Source: Pachysolen tannophilus NRRL Y-2460 | Lineage: Eukaryota | DNA: 64,000 nt | Direction: 5' to 3' | NCBI GenBank assembly: GCA_001661245.1 | Contig: KV454012.1 | Span: forward strand, 712,147-776,146 | Shown: positions 34,318 through 44,054 of the stretch, piece by piece | Numbering within the stretch: position 1 is the stretch's first letter | Layout: every line of letters begins with the position of its first letter | Program-made: the position numbers and the translations under genes | The notes under the pieces: model-generated | Database searches by the model: none | What the model was told of the DNA's origin: nothing | The model's input: only the letters and a program-made list of their open reading frames with translations

Positions 34318-35004
34318 CGAGATATATAATATATATATCACTTCACAACATATATATATCTATATCGATATCCTTGGAAAAACACAGTACTTTTTTTCCC
34401 AAATAATATAAAATTAAGAGAGAAAAAAAAAAGAACTGTTACTTAATAGTTTTAGCGCCAATGGAAAAATAGTAAACTATTATCCAAATCTAAATCTCTA
34501 AATTGGCACAGGTATAAACTAGAATTAGATAGAACCAGAAATGAAACTGTTTTAATTGTATCAAATCTTCCTACCTTTTAATGACTTAACTGTTTAATAT
34601 TAACTGTTAAGTAAGAGTTATTATCACTTAATTGTAAACTGTAAATTTATTATTATTATTATTATAATTAAAATTATAATTATAATTATATTTATATTTA
34701 ATATATATTATTATTCAAAATATAGTAAAGGGATCGCGGGGATGTTACCACTTTTTTTTTTCTTACTTTTCGTTCGGTCTCTTTATTGCTGAAATTCAAA
34801 GCTGCCAACAACCCCAATTTTACTATGTGTTTTATCGGTATTCAAAGGCAAATAAGAGAGATAAACGAGGCAAACGAGGCAAAACAAAAGGCAAATAAAG
34901 GCAAAAAAAGAAAAAAAAAAAGAAAAAAGAAAAAAGAAAAAGAACCGGGTGGCGAAAAAAGAAAATTTAAAATTTGAAAATGCAAGATTACTCAATTAGG
35001 CAAG

Positions 35005-35012
35005 CCGGGTAA
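35005..35012 (-). promoter_or_regulatory. Reb1-type site (CCGGGTAA) followed by AACCTAAGT repeats
   Basis: Exact consensus in the 1.3-kb intergenic region. Confidence 0.45.
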
Positions 35013-35265
35013 CACTGATAACCTAAGTAACCTAAGTAACTTTTAAGTAACTTTTGAATAACTAGGCGAAAAAAACAAAAAATTAATAGAAAAAGTTTCG
35101 TGAGGCGTCAATTAAATAATAATAGTGAGATGGTAGTAAGATGGTAGTGTGAGAGCGTACCAAAAAGTACAAATCCGGTAGTACTTTTTACAACATTTGT
35201 TCCGTGATAACAAATTTATTATAACTAAATGTAATTATACTATATACATGGATATATGGTTGTAA

Positions 35266-36411
35266 TTATTTGTTTGTGGTTTTTTTTTTACTTTCATCCA
35301 ACTGTTTATGTTTGTTATCTTTAAGCATTTTGGATTTAGTCATACCTGATATTGTCTTCATATCATCTGCAAATAATTTCAGTTGAGCTTTATATCTCCA
35401 ACCTAAACCTAATTTTTTTTTCAATTTTTCTTCTTCTAATTGACGTTTTTGATTTAAAATTCCAATTTTATCATCATATGAAAGACCTTGTGCAGCAGAA
35501 TCAATTGTTTCTTTACCAAATAAATAATCTTGAATACGTCCATCTCCCCAAAAAAATCCTTTTCTATCAACAAGCCATGGAATTTTATTATTTTTTTGTC
35601 TTAAAAAATAAAAAAATAAACTATCAATTGTACCATAAAATCCTCTTCCTGTAAAAATTTTTGCCTTTTGAGCTCTATATAATTCATTTAAAGGTAAAGT
35701 TATCATTGGAGAAGCACGACCTGGTATTATTGGATGAACAATAAATTTAACATGTTCAACTTCACCAGGTAAATACCACATTCTTCTAATTAATCTAGAA
35801 GGTGTCATGATAAAAATTAAAGATACAGCTATTGGAAGTAATGTTAAAATACAACAAAGGAAACTTTGAGCAACCAAGTTAACCAAACGTGGAATATCTG
35901 GTAATTGATTAACATTTTCTTTATAAATATCCCAAGTTAATGAAAAACTTATTGATGCAATATTCCAAGCATAAAATGCAAAAACTAATGCAAAACATGA
36001 ACATATAATAAAATATAATCGATGAGATTCAGCTTCATATATTAATTCTGGATTTTTTTTATTTTTCAAAATTTGAATCATTTTACTCAAAGGCATATTT
36101 GGACCTGGAATAGGAACCCCAGGTTTTGGAAGTAGCGTAGGTAAACCTTCTTTTGAAAGAGGAAATGTTGGTAATCTATCCTTTAAATCATTTGTCAATT
36201 TTTTTTCTCCAGGTATATTTTGAACTATAGTTGAATTTGAATTAAACCTAATAAATCTTGGATTAATAAATTGTACAACATTAGAAGAATTATAATACGG
36301 CCTATCTAAAGACTTACTCAATCTTTTTAATCCTAACCCTAATCCAGAACCTCTTATTGTTGTGGCCCCAATACTGGACTGTTGTATCAATAATTTGGTG
36401 AAAATCATCAT
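35266..36411 (-). CDS. Probable mitochondrial inner-membrane protein with two TM segments (possibly Mrx15/TMEM223-like)
   Basis: Basic presequence, LIYEAE.H..YF, two hydrophobic segments and PSRLIRR.WY. The family call is inferred partly from synteny. Confidence 0.55.
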   Translation of the reverse strand: MMIFTKLLIQQSSIGATTIRGSGLGLGLKRLSKSLDRPYYNSSNVVQFINPRFIRFNSNSTIVQNIPGEKKLTNDLKDRLPTFPLSKEGLPTLLPKPGVPIPGPNMPLSKMIQILKNKKNPELIYEAESHRLYFIICSCFALVFAFYAWNIASISFSLTWDIYKENVNQLPDIPRLVNLVAQSFLCCILTLLPIAVSLIFIMTPSRLIRRMWYLPGEVEHVKFIVHPIIPGRASPMITLPLNELYRAQKAKIFTGRGFYGTIDSLFFYFLRQKNNKIPWLVDRKGFFWGDGRIQDYLFGKETIDSAAQGLSYDDKIGILNQKRQLEEEKLKKKLGLGWRYKAQLKLFADDMKTISGMTKSKMLKDNKHKQLDESKKKTTNK

Positions 36412-36579
36412 TTCATTGTTGAAAAATAAATATTTAATAAAAAAAAGTGATGAAAAAAATTAAATTTTAAAAAATAAATAAAAATTAAAAAATAAAAAAT
36501 AAAAAGTTTTTATCTTAAAAATTGGAATAATTACCAAACTAAATTTTACGATTCTCTGTTCATACAGTTCATACAGTGT

Positions 36580-37161
36580 ATGGTAATGTCACATCATAAT
36601 GTTCGTGATAACGGTGGGATAACTAAACCCAGAAAGAGAATAAATAATTTGAAAACGTCAGACCGTCGTTTGGCTGCAGGTAGACAACCAACACAATTCT
36701 TGCATTCTTCAACACCATCAAAATTAGATATTCTGCCTGGTGTATTACATTCAAATTTCCAAATATTAAAAGATTTGAAAAAAGAATCTGTTTCTGGTAA
36801 AGATAGTAATGTCACAGTGGTAAGAACTCTGCTGGATGGTAGTAAGAAATGGGAAGATCCTACTTTGCTTGAATGGGACCCAAAACATTTTAGAATATTT
36901 GTTGGTAATTTAGGTCCAGATGTAACAGATGAATTGTTATTAAGAGCTTTTATGCATTATCCAAGTTTGAAAAAAGTTAAAGTTGTCATTGATCCAAAGA
37001 CAAATAAAAATAAAGGGTATGGGTTTGTTGCATTTGAAAATACAGATGATTATATAAGGGCGTTAAACGATATGAATGGTAAATATATTGGTCAAAGACC
37101 TGTTCAGTTGAAAAGAGCTAAAACTGATATTAAACCTGTTAAGAAAAAGGCGAAAAAATGA
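36580..37161 (+). CDS. RBM42-like RRM protein (tri-snRNP associated)
   Basis: WEDPTLLEWDP..FRIFVGNLG..VTDE.L.RAF..YPS and KGYGFV.F..MNGKYIG.RPV.L, the signature of RBM42. Confidence 0.85.
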   Translation: MVMSHHNVRDNGGITKPRKRINNLKTSDRRLAAGRQPTQFLHSSTPSKLDILPGVLHSNFQILKDLKKESVSGKDSNVTVVRTLLDGSKKWEDPTLLEWDPKHFRIFVGNLGPDVTDELLLRAFMHYPSLKKVKVVIDPKTNKNKGYGFVAFENTDDYIRALNDMNGKYIGQRPVQLKRAKTDIKPVKKKAKK

Positions 37162-37202
37162 AAAGATGAAAAAAAAAAATAGAGCAAAAAAAAGAGAAAA
37201 TT

Positions 37203-39173
37203 TTAATTAACAACAACTTCTAATAACCTACCTAAATCAAAACTTTCACCAGTGTACATATCAATGATTTTCACTCCATTCAATGTGAATACTCCCTTCT
37301 CAATGGCCATTAACTCAATATCAACATCAATACAACTAAAAGGGTCTAATGGTGACACTTTGATATCATTTGTGGTAGATATTATTCCCAAGCATGATAA
37401 TCTGTTCATATTATAATTTCTAATCAATTGAAATTGTGGTTGAATAAAATTTGGTATATCATTATTACTTGCAATTGAAGAATTTTTCACTAATGAAATA
37501 TTTGAATTTGATTTTGCACTATATGATCCTGCTGATGGTGTAATTGGTAATCTAGGTACAGATTTTTCAAATATTGATTCGTTAAGATATGAATCATTAT
37601 CCATTAATATAACAAGATTTAATTGTCTTGATGATGTATTTATAAGTTGGAAATTCCATTTAAATAACTCTCCAAATTTGACGTTATTCTTACTTGATAT
37701 AGTCAATTGTAAACCTGTTAAAGGAGAAATCATTGTTGGTGATGATAATTGTGCTGATTGTGGTAATGGTGAATTACTCAAACTTCCATTTGAAGGAGTT
37801 AAACTTGAGATCGGTACTGCTTGAGAAACAGTTCTTAAAGATTTTTTCAACTCATAAAGTCGTTGATTATTTTTCGAAGTATTTATATTTTCTTGATGTT
37901 GTGTTAAATTTGTTAATGAAAAATTTTTTGATTTTTGATGCAATTGTCTTTGTCCCAATTTTTTTGATTGTAATAATTTATTTATAGGTGAAGGTGATGA
38001 AATGCTAAAATCGACATTTGTAATCCAATTAGTTGTTAATATATTTGTTAAATTTATAAATTTTTTATTAATTGGATCATATTGTCTTGGTTGTGATACT
38101 ATATTTATTGTTAAAGGTTTAATTAAATCATTTTGATCTAAAGTAGAATTTAATTTTAATTTATAACTAATATTAAAATTATCATTTTTTTTAAAAATAA
38201 GATTTTTATCATTATTTAAAATTGAATCTGTTATTAAATTTTCAACTTGACCATCTTTTAATTTTAATTCAATTTTTAAAACTTCAAAACTTAAATGTTT
38301 AATCTTTGATAATTCTTTTGAAGAGGATAAATCCAATGTGGATAATAAGCACCGATCAGTATTTAATTGACCAGAATGTTTTGTACATTTTAATTTCATT
38401 GTTAATGTAGGATATACAGGAAGTGAATATTTTGCAATTAATACTGTTGGATGTTTTGGTAATTTTTTTTCTTTAATATCTAAATTTGAATTTTCTGGTA
38501 AAATTAATGATTCTGAAATTTTTGGGAAATTAATTTTTTTCTGTTTATTCTCAACAACAGCATCATCCTCATCATCATCCTCATCATTATTGTCCTCGAA
38601 TGTTTGCGAAACTAAACCAGAAAGTAAATTTCTCCTTTCAACTGGTGTATAATTGGGTAATATTATGGATTCATCTCCATCTTTAGAATTTTCTTTATTT
38701 TCATTAATATCCAACAATTGTCTTTGCATATCCATTATAATTGTAATAATTATCTTTGGATTTATCAATTTCTTTTTCGGATAAGTAATTGGTAGATCAA
38801 ATTTATAAATTGCTATATAATTACCATCAGGTCCAATACAATTTCCATTATACATCAACATTGATTTGGATAATATAATTGTTCTTAAATGTAATCTTTC
38901 TAAATTCAGCTTTCCAAATTCAGTTTGTTGAATATGTAACTCAATTGTGATATTTGTCAGATCATGAATCAATTTATTGAAAGATTTCAAATCTAATATA
39001 GATTTAGAATTATTTTTTACCAAGATATAACCAGATAAAACTTCATCAAAAAATGATATTGATCTATTAGGAACCACCTTGATTTCATCCAAGAAATCCT
39101 TAAAATTACTCTCATCAATGGATTCATATTTCAATAGCACTTCAGGAAAAGGAAAATATACTTGCAAGTCCAT
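37203..39173 (-). CDS. TRS65: TRAPPII-specific subunit Trs65
   Basis: C-terminal GII..TNDIKV.PL.P..C....IEL.A...GV..L..VKIID; likely ATG at 39173. Confidence 0.7.
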   Translation of the reverse strand: MDLQVYFPFPEVLLKYESIDESNFKDFLDEIKVVPNRSISFFDEVLSGYILVKNNSKSILDLKSFNKLIHDLTNITIELHIQQTEFGKLNLERLHLRTIILSKSMLMYNGNCIGPDGNYIAIYKFDLPITYPKKKLINPKIIITIIMDMQRQLLDINENKENSKDGDESIILPNYTPVERRNLLSGLVSQTFEDNNDEDDDEDDAVVENKQKKINFPKISESLILPENSNLDIKEKKLPKHPTVLIAKYSLPVYPTLTMKLKCTKHSGQLNTDRCLLSTLDLSSSKELSKIKHLSFEVLKIELKLKDGQVENLITDSILNNDKNLIFKKNDNFNISYKLKLNSTLDQNDLIKPLTINIVSQPRQYDPINKKFINLTNILTTNWITNVDFSISSPSPINKLLQSKKLGQRQLHQKSKNFSLTNLTQHQENINTSKNNQRLYELKKSLRTVSQAVPISSLTPSNGSLSNSPLPQSAQLSSPTMISPLTGLQLTISSKNNVKFGELFKWNFQLINTSSRQLNLVILMDNDSYLNESIFEKSVPRLPITPSAGSYSAKSNSNISLVKNSSIASNNDIPNFIQPQFQLIRNYNMNRLSCLGIISTTNDIKVSPLDPFSCIDVDIELMAIEKGVFTLNGVKIIDMYTGESFDLGRLLEVVVN

Positions 39174-39276
39174 ATCAGTCCATTCCAACCCGCCAAGCTT
39201 TATTCCATCTCACTGTTTTTAAGTATACGTTTACTTGTTCTCTTTTTGATTCCATATGTCAACACCACCACCGCCA

Positions 39277-39511
39277 NNNNNNNNNNNNNNNNNNNNNNNN
39301 NNNNNNNNNNNNNNNNNNNNNNNNNNNNNNNNNNNNNNNNNNNNNNNNNNNNNNNNNNNNNNNNNNNNNNNNNNNNNNNNNNNNNNNNNNNNNNNNNNNN
39401 NNNNNNNNNNNNNNNNNNNNNNNNNNNNNNNNNNNNNNNNNNNNNNNNNNNNNNNNNNNNNNNNNNNNNNNNNNNNNNNNNNNNNNNNNNNNNNNNNNNN
39501 NNNNNNNNNNN
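39277..39511. other. Assembly gap (N run)
   Basis: Run of N. Confidence 0.95.
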
Positions 39512-39582
39512 CAAAAAAAAAAAAACAGCAAAAAAGTTCAAATCCGGTAGTTAATCTCTGTTTTCGGAAGTCTGGATCTGGA

Positions 39583-39715
39583 TTTCCCATTTAGGAAGTT
39601 TCTCTTAAAATTTTCAGTTTTAGTTTCATGTTTCCAATTTAAGAAATTGCATTCCTTATTTAGTAGTTTGTGCTTTTCACATCTAGTTTTGACATTCTGC
39701 TTCCATTTTAGGAAA
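39583..39715. promoter_or_regulatory. Cluster of Mcm1 (MADS/CArG)-like sites upstream of MBF1
   Basis: TTTCCCATTTAGGAAG (39583), TTTCCAATTTAAGAAA (39631), CTTCCATTTTAGGAAA (39700); TATATAAG at about 39751. Confidence 0.5.
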
Positions 39716-40015
39716 TAAGTTTATTTTTTGATATTTTGTACACGCAACAGTATATAAGGTCGTTTTTCTCAGTACAAATCGACGAATCGAGAATTCGTTT
39801 TGTCTTTCCAACCATCATCATATAGAAAATTGAAGAAGCTTTTCATAATTATTTGACTTTTTGTTGGCTTACAAAACCTCTTTTAATTCTTTATTCTTTT
39901 TTTTTTTTTTTTTTTTTTTTATTTCTTTTTTCAATTTTTCTTTTCAATCGTATATTGTTAAGTAATCCTTTTTCAAAGGTAATCAAAAAAAAAAAGGAAA
40001 AATAGAGAGAAAAAA

Positions 40016-40483
40016 ATGTCAAACCTTTCAAATACAGATTGGGATACCGTTACAGTTATTGGTTCTAAAGCTAGAATTGGTGGTAGTGGACCTCGTCAAA
40101 ATGTTAGTAAAAGTCAAGGTGCTTTAAATGCTGCTAGAAGATCAGGTAATGTTGTTTCAACAGAGAAAAAATATAACACTGGTAATTCAAAAGGTGATCC
40201 TGAAGGTCAAAAATTGGCAAAGATAGATAGAGAAAATGAAGTTGCTCCACCAAAGAAAATTGATGCATCTGTTGGTAAAGCTATTTCTAAGGCAAGATTG
40301 GATAAAAAAATGACCCAAAAAGATTTGGCAACAAAAGTTAATGAAAAGCAAAATGTTATTAATGATTATGAAGCTGGTAGAGCTGTTCCAAATCAACAAT
40401 TATTAGCTAAATTAGAAAAAACTTTAGGTGTTAAATTAAGAGGTAAAAATATTGGTGAACCATTATTCCCAAAGAAAAAATAA
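40016..40483 (+). CDS. MBF1: Multiprotein bridging factor 1
   Basis: [51 protein letters not shown]. Confidence 0.97.
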   Translation: MSNLSNTDWDTVTVIGSKARIGGSGPRQNVSKSQGALNAARRSGNVVSTEKKYNTGNSKGDPEGQKLAKIDRENEVAPPKKIDASVGKAISKARLDKKMTQKDLATKVNEKQNVINDYEAGRAVPNQQLLAKLEKTLGVKLRGKNIGEPLFPKKK

Positions 40484-40903
40484 AAAAAAATATCATTATA
40501 ACGTCAACGCTGGATTCTTCTTAATTTACTGGGTTTCTTTTTCTTCTTTTTTTTTTTCTCTCTTCTTCTTAACTTGTAGTTAATAATGATAATGATCAAT
40601 GTTGATTTGAAACTTTTCAAACTGTAGTTAATTTATTAATAATATTCTTATTAATATCATATAAATACTGTTAAAAGAGACCTTTTGCAGAAAAAAAATT
40701 TTTTTTTTTCGTTTTTTCGTTTTTTTAATGTTTTTTTTAGTGATTTTTGTGTTTTCAATATTGAATCATTAAAAGTTGTTAATTTAATATTAGATGAGTA
40801 ATAAATCAATTTGAAAAGTTTGAAGTAATAGATTTGTTGATTATTGATTATTGATTATTGTTTATTAAGGTTTCTTTTTTCTTTTTTGTGGGGGTTTTGA
40901 AAA

Positions 40904-41989
40904 ATGGCTACTCAATTTGTTTTAGATCTTGGTATTAAACCGGAGGAGATTTATTCCATTTCAAATAAATCTTTAAAGTTTGATAGTTTATCAGATATTC
41001 AACCTTATTTGGATGAAATGGATAAATTTAAAAATTTGAAAAAGATTGATTTTTCAGGTAATACTATAGGTGTTGAAGCTTCAAAATATTTAGCTTTAAA
41101 AATTGAAAATTTTGCAAATACAATATTAGAAATTAATTTTGCTGATTTTTTCACTGGAAGACTTAAAGATGAAATTCCACGTTCTTTAGAATATTTATTC
41201 CCATCATTATTAAAATGTTCAAATTTAAAAGTTTTAAATTTATCAGATAATGCTTTTGGTCTTCAAACAATTGATCCTGTTGAAGATTATTTAAAAAAAG
41301 CTATATCATTAGAACATTTAATTTTATCAAATAATGGTATGGGTCCTTTTGCTGGTGCAAGAATTGGTAAAGCTTTGTATGTATTAGCTCATGCAAAGAA
41401 ATTAAATGGTACTTGTCCTCCTTCTTTGAAAACTTTTTATTGTGGAAGAAATAGATTAGAAAATGGTTCTATTAATTATCTTGCTATTGGTTTAAAAAAT
41501 CATCAAGGTTTAGAATGTGTAAGATTATATCAAAATGGTATTAGACCATCAGGTATTAAAAAATTGATTTTACATGGTTTAAAATATAATAAAAATTTAA
41601 AAATTTTGGATTTACAAGATAATACTTTTACCATAAATGGTTCTGTTGCCTTAGCTTCATCATTATCATCATGGGAATTCTTGGAAGAAATTAACGTAAA
41701 TGATTGTTTATTAAACCCAAAAGGTTCATTGGAATTTGTTAAAGCATTAGCAGAGTTACCACTGAATAATAATTTAAAATTATTAAAATTACAATATAAT
41801 GAATTAGAAACTAATGCTTTATCTCAATTAGCTATTACTTTAACAAAAAATTTAAAAAATTTGAAAAATTTGGAATTAAATGGTAACAGATTCTCTGAAG
41901 ATGAAGAAGTATTGGATAAAATTAAAGAAGAATTAGAATCAAGAAGTGGTGAATTGGATGAATTGGACGATTTGGAAGAACCAGATAGT

Positions 41990-42054
<65 letters not shown>

Positions 42055-42172
42055 TGATTTAATTCAATTGGAGAAACAATTAGCACAAGACGAAAAGTTT
42101 ATTTCTAAACCATCAAAAGAAGAGGCATCAGTGGAAGATATTGCTGCTGCTATAGAAAAGACTCATATATAG
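40904..42172 (+). CDS. RNA1: Ran GTPase-activating protein Rna1
   Basis: LRR repeats (SGNTIG, FTGRL, LSDNAFG, GRNRLENG, QNGIRP) and an acidic tail. Confidence 0.95.
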
Positions 42173-42295
42173 CATGTTTGACTTTTTATTTCCTATTTTG
42201 TGTAGTTTATGAAGCAAATACAAAAAATAAATATATAAATATATATATATAATTAATATAGCCATTAGAATGTAAAAGCAAAGTAACCGACTAAT

Positions 42296-43745
42296 CTAAC
42301 CTTTAACTGCATCTTTAAGGATATCTTCTTTCAACGAATCAATCAATTTATCTTTATCTGCCCATAACATCTCTAACCATTTTTCCAATCTTCTTTTCTT
42401 AACAGGGACTCTTTGTAACATTCTCGATTTGATATGAATTCTTATAACGTAAGGTGAAGGATTCAATGAAAAAAGTTCTAATAATGAAGGTTGTTTGAAC
42501 TCACCTCCTGGCTTGATAATAGGAATCCCATCTGTAGTAAAATTAGACAGTTTTTGTTGTTTCCCTTGTTTTTCTTTTTTCCCTGTGGAAACAGGTGTTT
42601 GAAAAGAAGAAGAAGCAATATTAAAGCTTTCAGCAGCAGTGGTGGACCCAGTGGCAATAGTTACCTGAGCAGAGTTAAGAATAGGCAACTTATTTCTTTC
42701 TTTATCCTTTTCTTTCCTTTCCCACCTTTCCCACATTTCTCTTTTTTTATGTGTAATTGGAGATCCCATTAAAGATTCTGAGCCTGTCATTCCAACAGGT
42801 TTATCTATTTCAGCAATCTTATCATTTTCTTGGATAATGTTGCTATGGTTAAAGCCAACTGGGTTTCTATAATAAATAATGCTAACATCGTATAATCTTG
42901 CAAATGAAGTTTCACTTAAAGCTTGAATTGAATTATAAAAACTTGAAAATCTTGGGTACAACAAGTTTTGAAATTTTGGAAGATAAAACTTGTCACACAT
43001 TTCTTTTTGTAATCTAGATGATTCTAAATTAAAAATATTCACTTCTGGGAAAAGTACAATCCATTCTGGTACTTTACTACAAATCATTTTTTTAAAAATT
43101 AAAAGACTTGATTTTTCATCTAATTCCCAATTTTCATCACAACTTGCTAAATTTTTCAATATCTTAAGCGTTGGAATTTGCCATATATTATACCAAGTGA
43201 AAAAATTGATTTTAGGTAAAACCATTGAATCAATATTACTCTTGGTTGAATTTTTAGTAATTTGGTATGCCTTAGACAGTGATAATCTAGCTAAATACAG
43301 AAATACAAAATGATCACATAATGAGTAATGATTACTTATCAACAATGCCGAGTCTGCCTCTAACTCATCGCCAACAATCTGAAACTTGACTCCATTTTGT
43401 TCCTAGAAAGCAAAATAAGCAAAATAATAAAAAAAAAAAAATAATAAATAGTAAGTACGCATTGAACATTTTTATAAACTTTTAATCTATGGGCGCTTTG
43501 CGGTAAATTCATACCAAGAAGTAAAGTGATAATTCCCAAAAATTAGCACATGTGATTCTCTTCAAATAATCTGAAGTCGAAGGAAAGAAAACTCTCAATC
43601 CACTTATTGAAACCGAAATAAACTGATAAACAATCAAATACATCAACAATATACACAAAACAGAAACCCCTCTCAACAAGGCTCTCCCAAAAACTGGTAA
43701 CGGACGAATCCCAATATCATTTGCAAGCTCCAAAGACATTACCAT
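42296..43745 (-). CDS. MUM3: Mum3-like acyltransferase-fold protein; exons 43745-43515 and 43402-42296
   Basis: Phase-0 intron 43514-43403 (GTATGA...TACTTAC...TAG) joins ...LYFL|EQNGVKFQIVGD...ISNHYSLCD. Also LFPEVNI, LLYPRF, LYDV.I.Y and LEKWLE..W..KD motifs. Confidence 0.75.
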
Positions 43746-44054
43746 GACTCCAATCACTACTATCACTATCACTACCAATATCACAACCCAAATCAAACTC
43801 TAAACCCACCTATCTAAAATCGATTGATTTGTTTAATCCATCAATTTTATCTTTAAAACTTATCTCATCTCATGTTTCCTCTTTAGGTCATAAAAGAAAA
43901 ATTTTTTTTTTCATTTTAAAAGTTTTTTTTTCATTTTTTTTCTTTTTTCATTTTTTCAATTTAAATATCAAGCTTTGTTGAGGTTAGCTGAGGTTAGCTA
44001 AGGTTAGAAGGTATTGAAGAGAAGGTATAGGCTGTGATTGATTGGTTGTTAATA

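Noticed and set aside
34240..34370. Long (TA)n/(TATATG)n tracts and AAT/poly-Asn repeats as a special array
   Set aside because: Ordinary microsatellites that are common throughout this AT-rich window; no spacer-repeat, LTR or terminal-inverted-repeat structure.
39200..39276. Coding-looking fragment between TRS65 and the gap
   Set aside because: Too short and truncated by Ns, with no recognisable motif or convincing splice path into TRS65.
7987..39594. ORFs spanning N runs (7987-8661, 23475-24101, 32453-33025, 39162-39594)
   Set aside because: Artefacts of gaps and flanking homopolymers.
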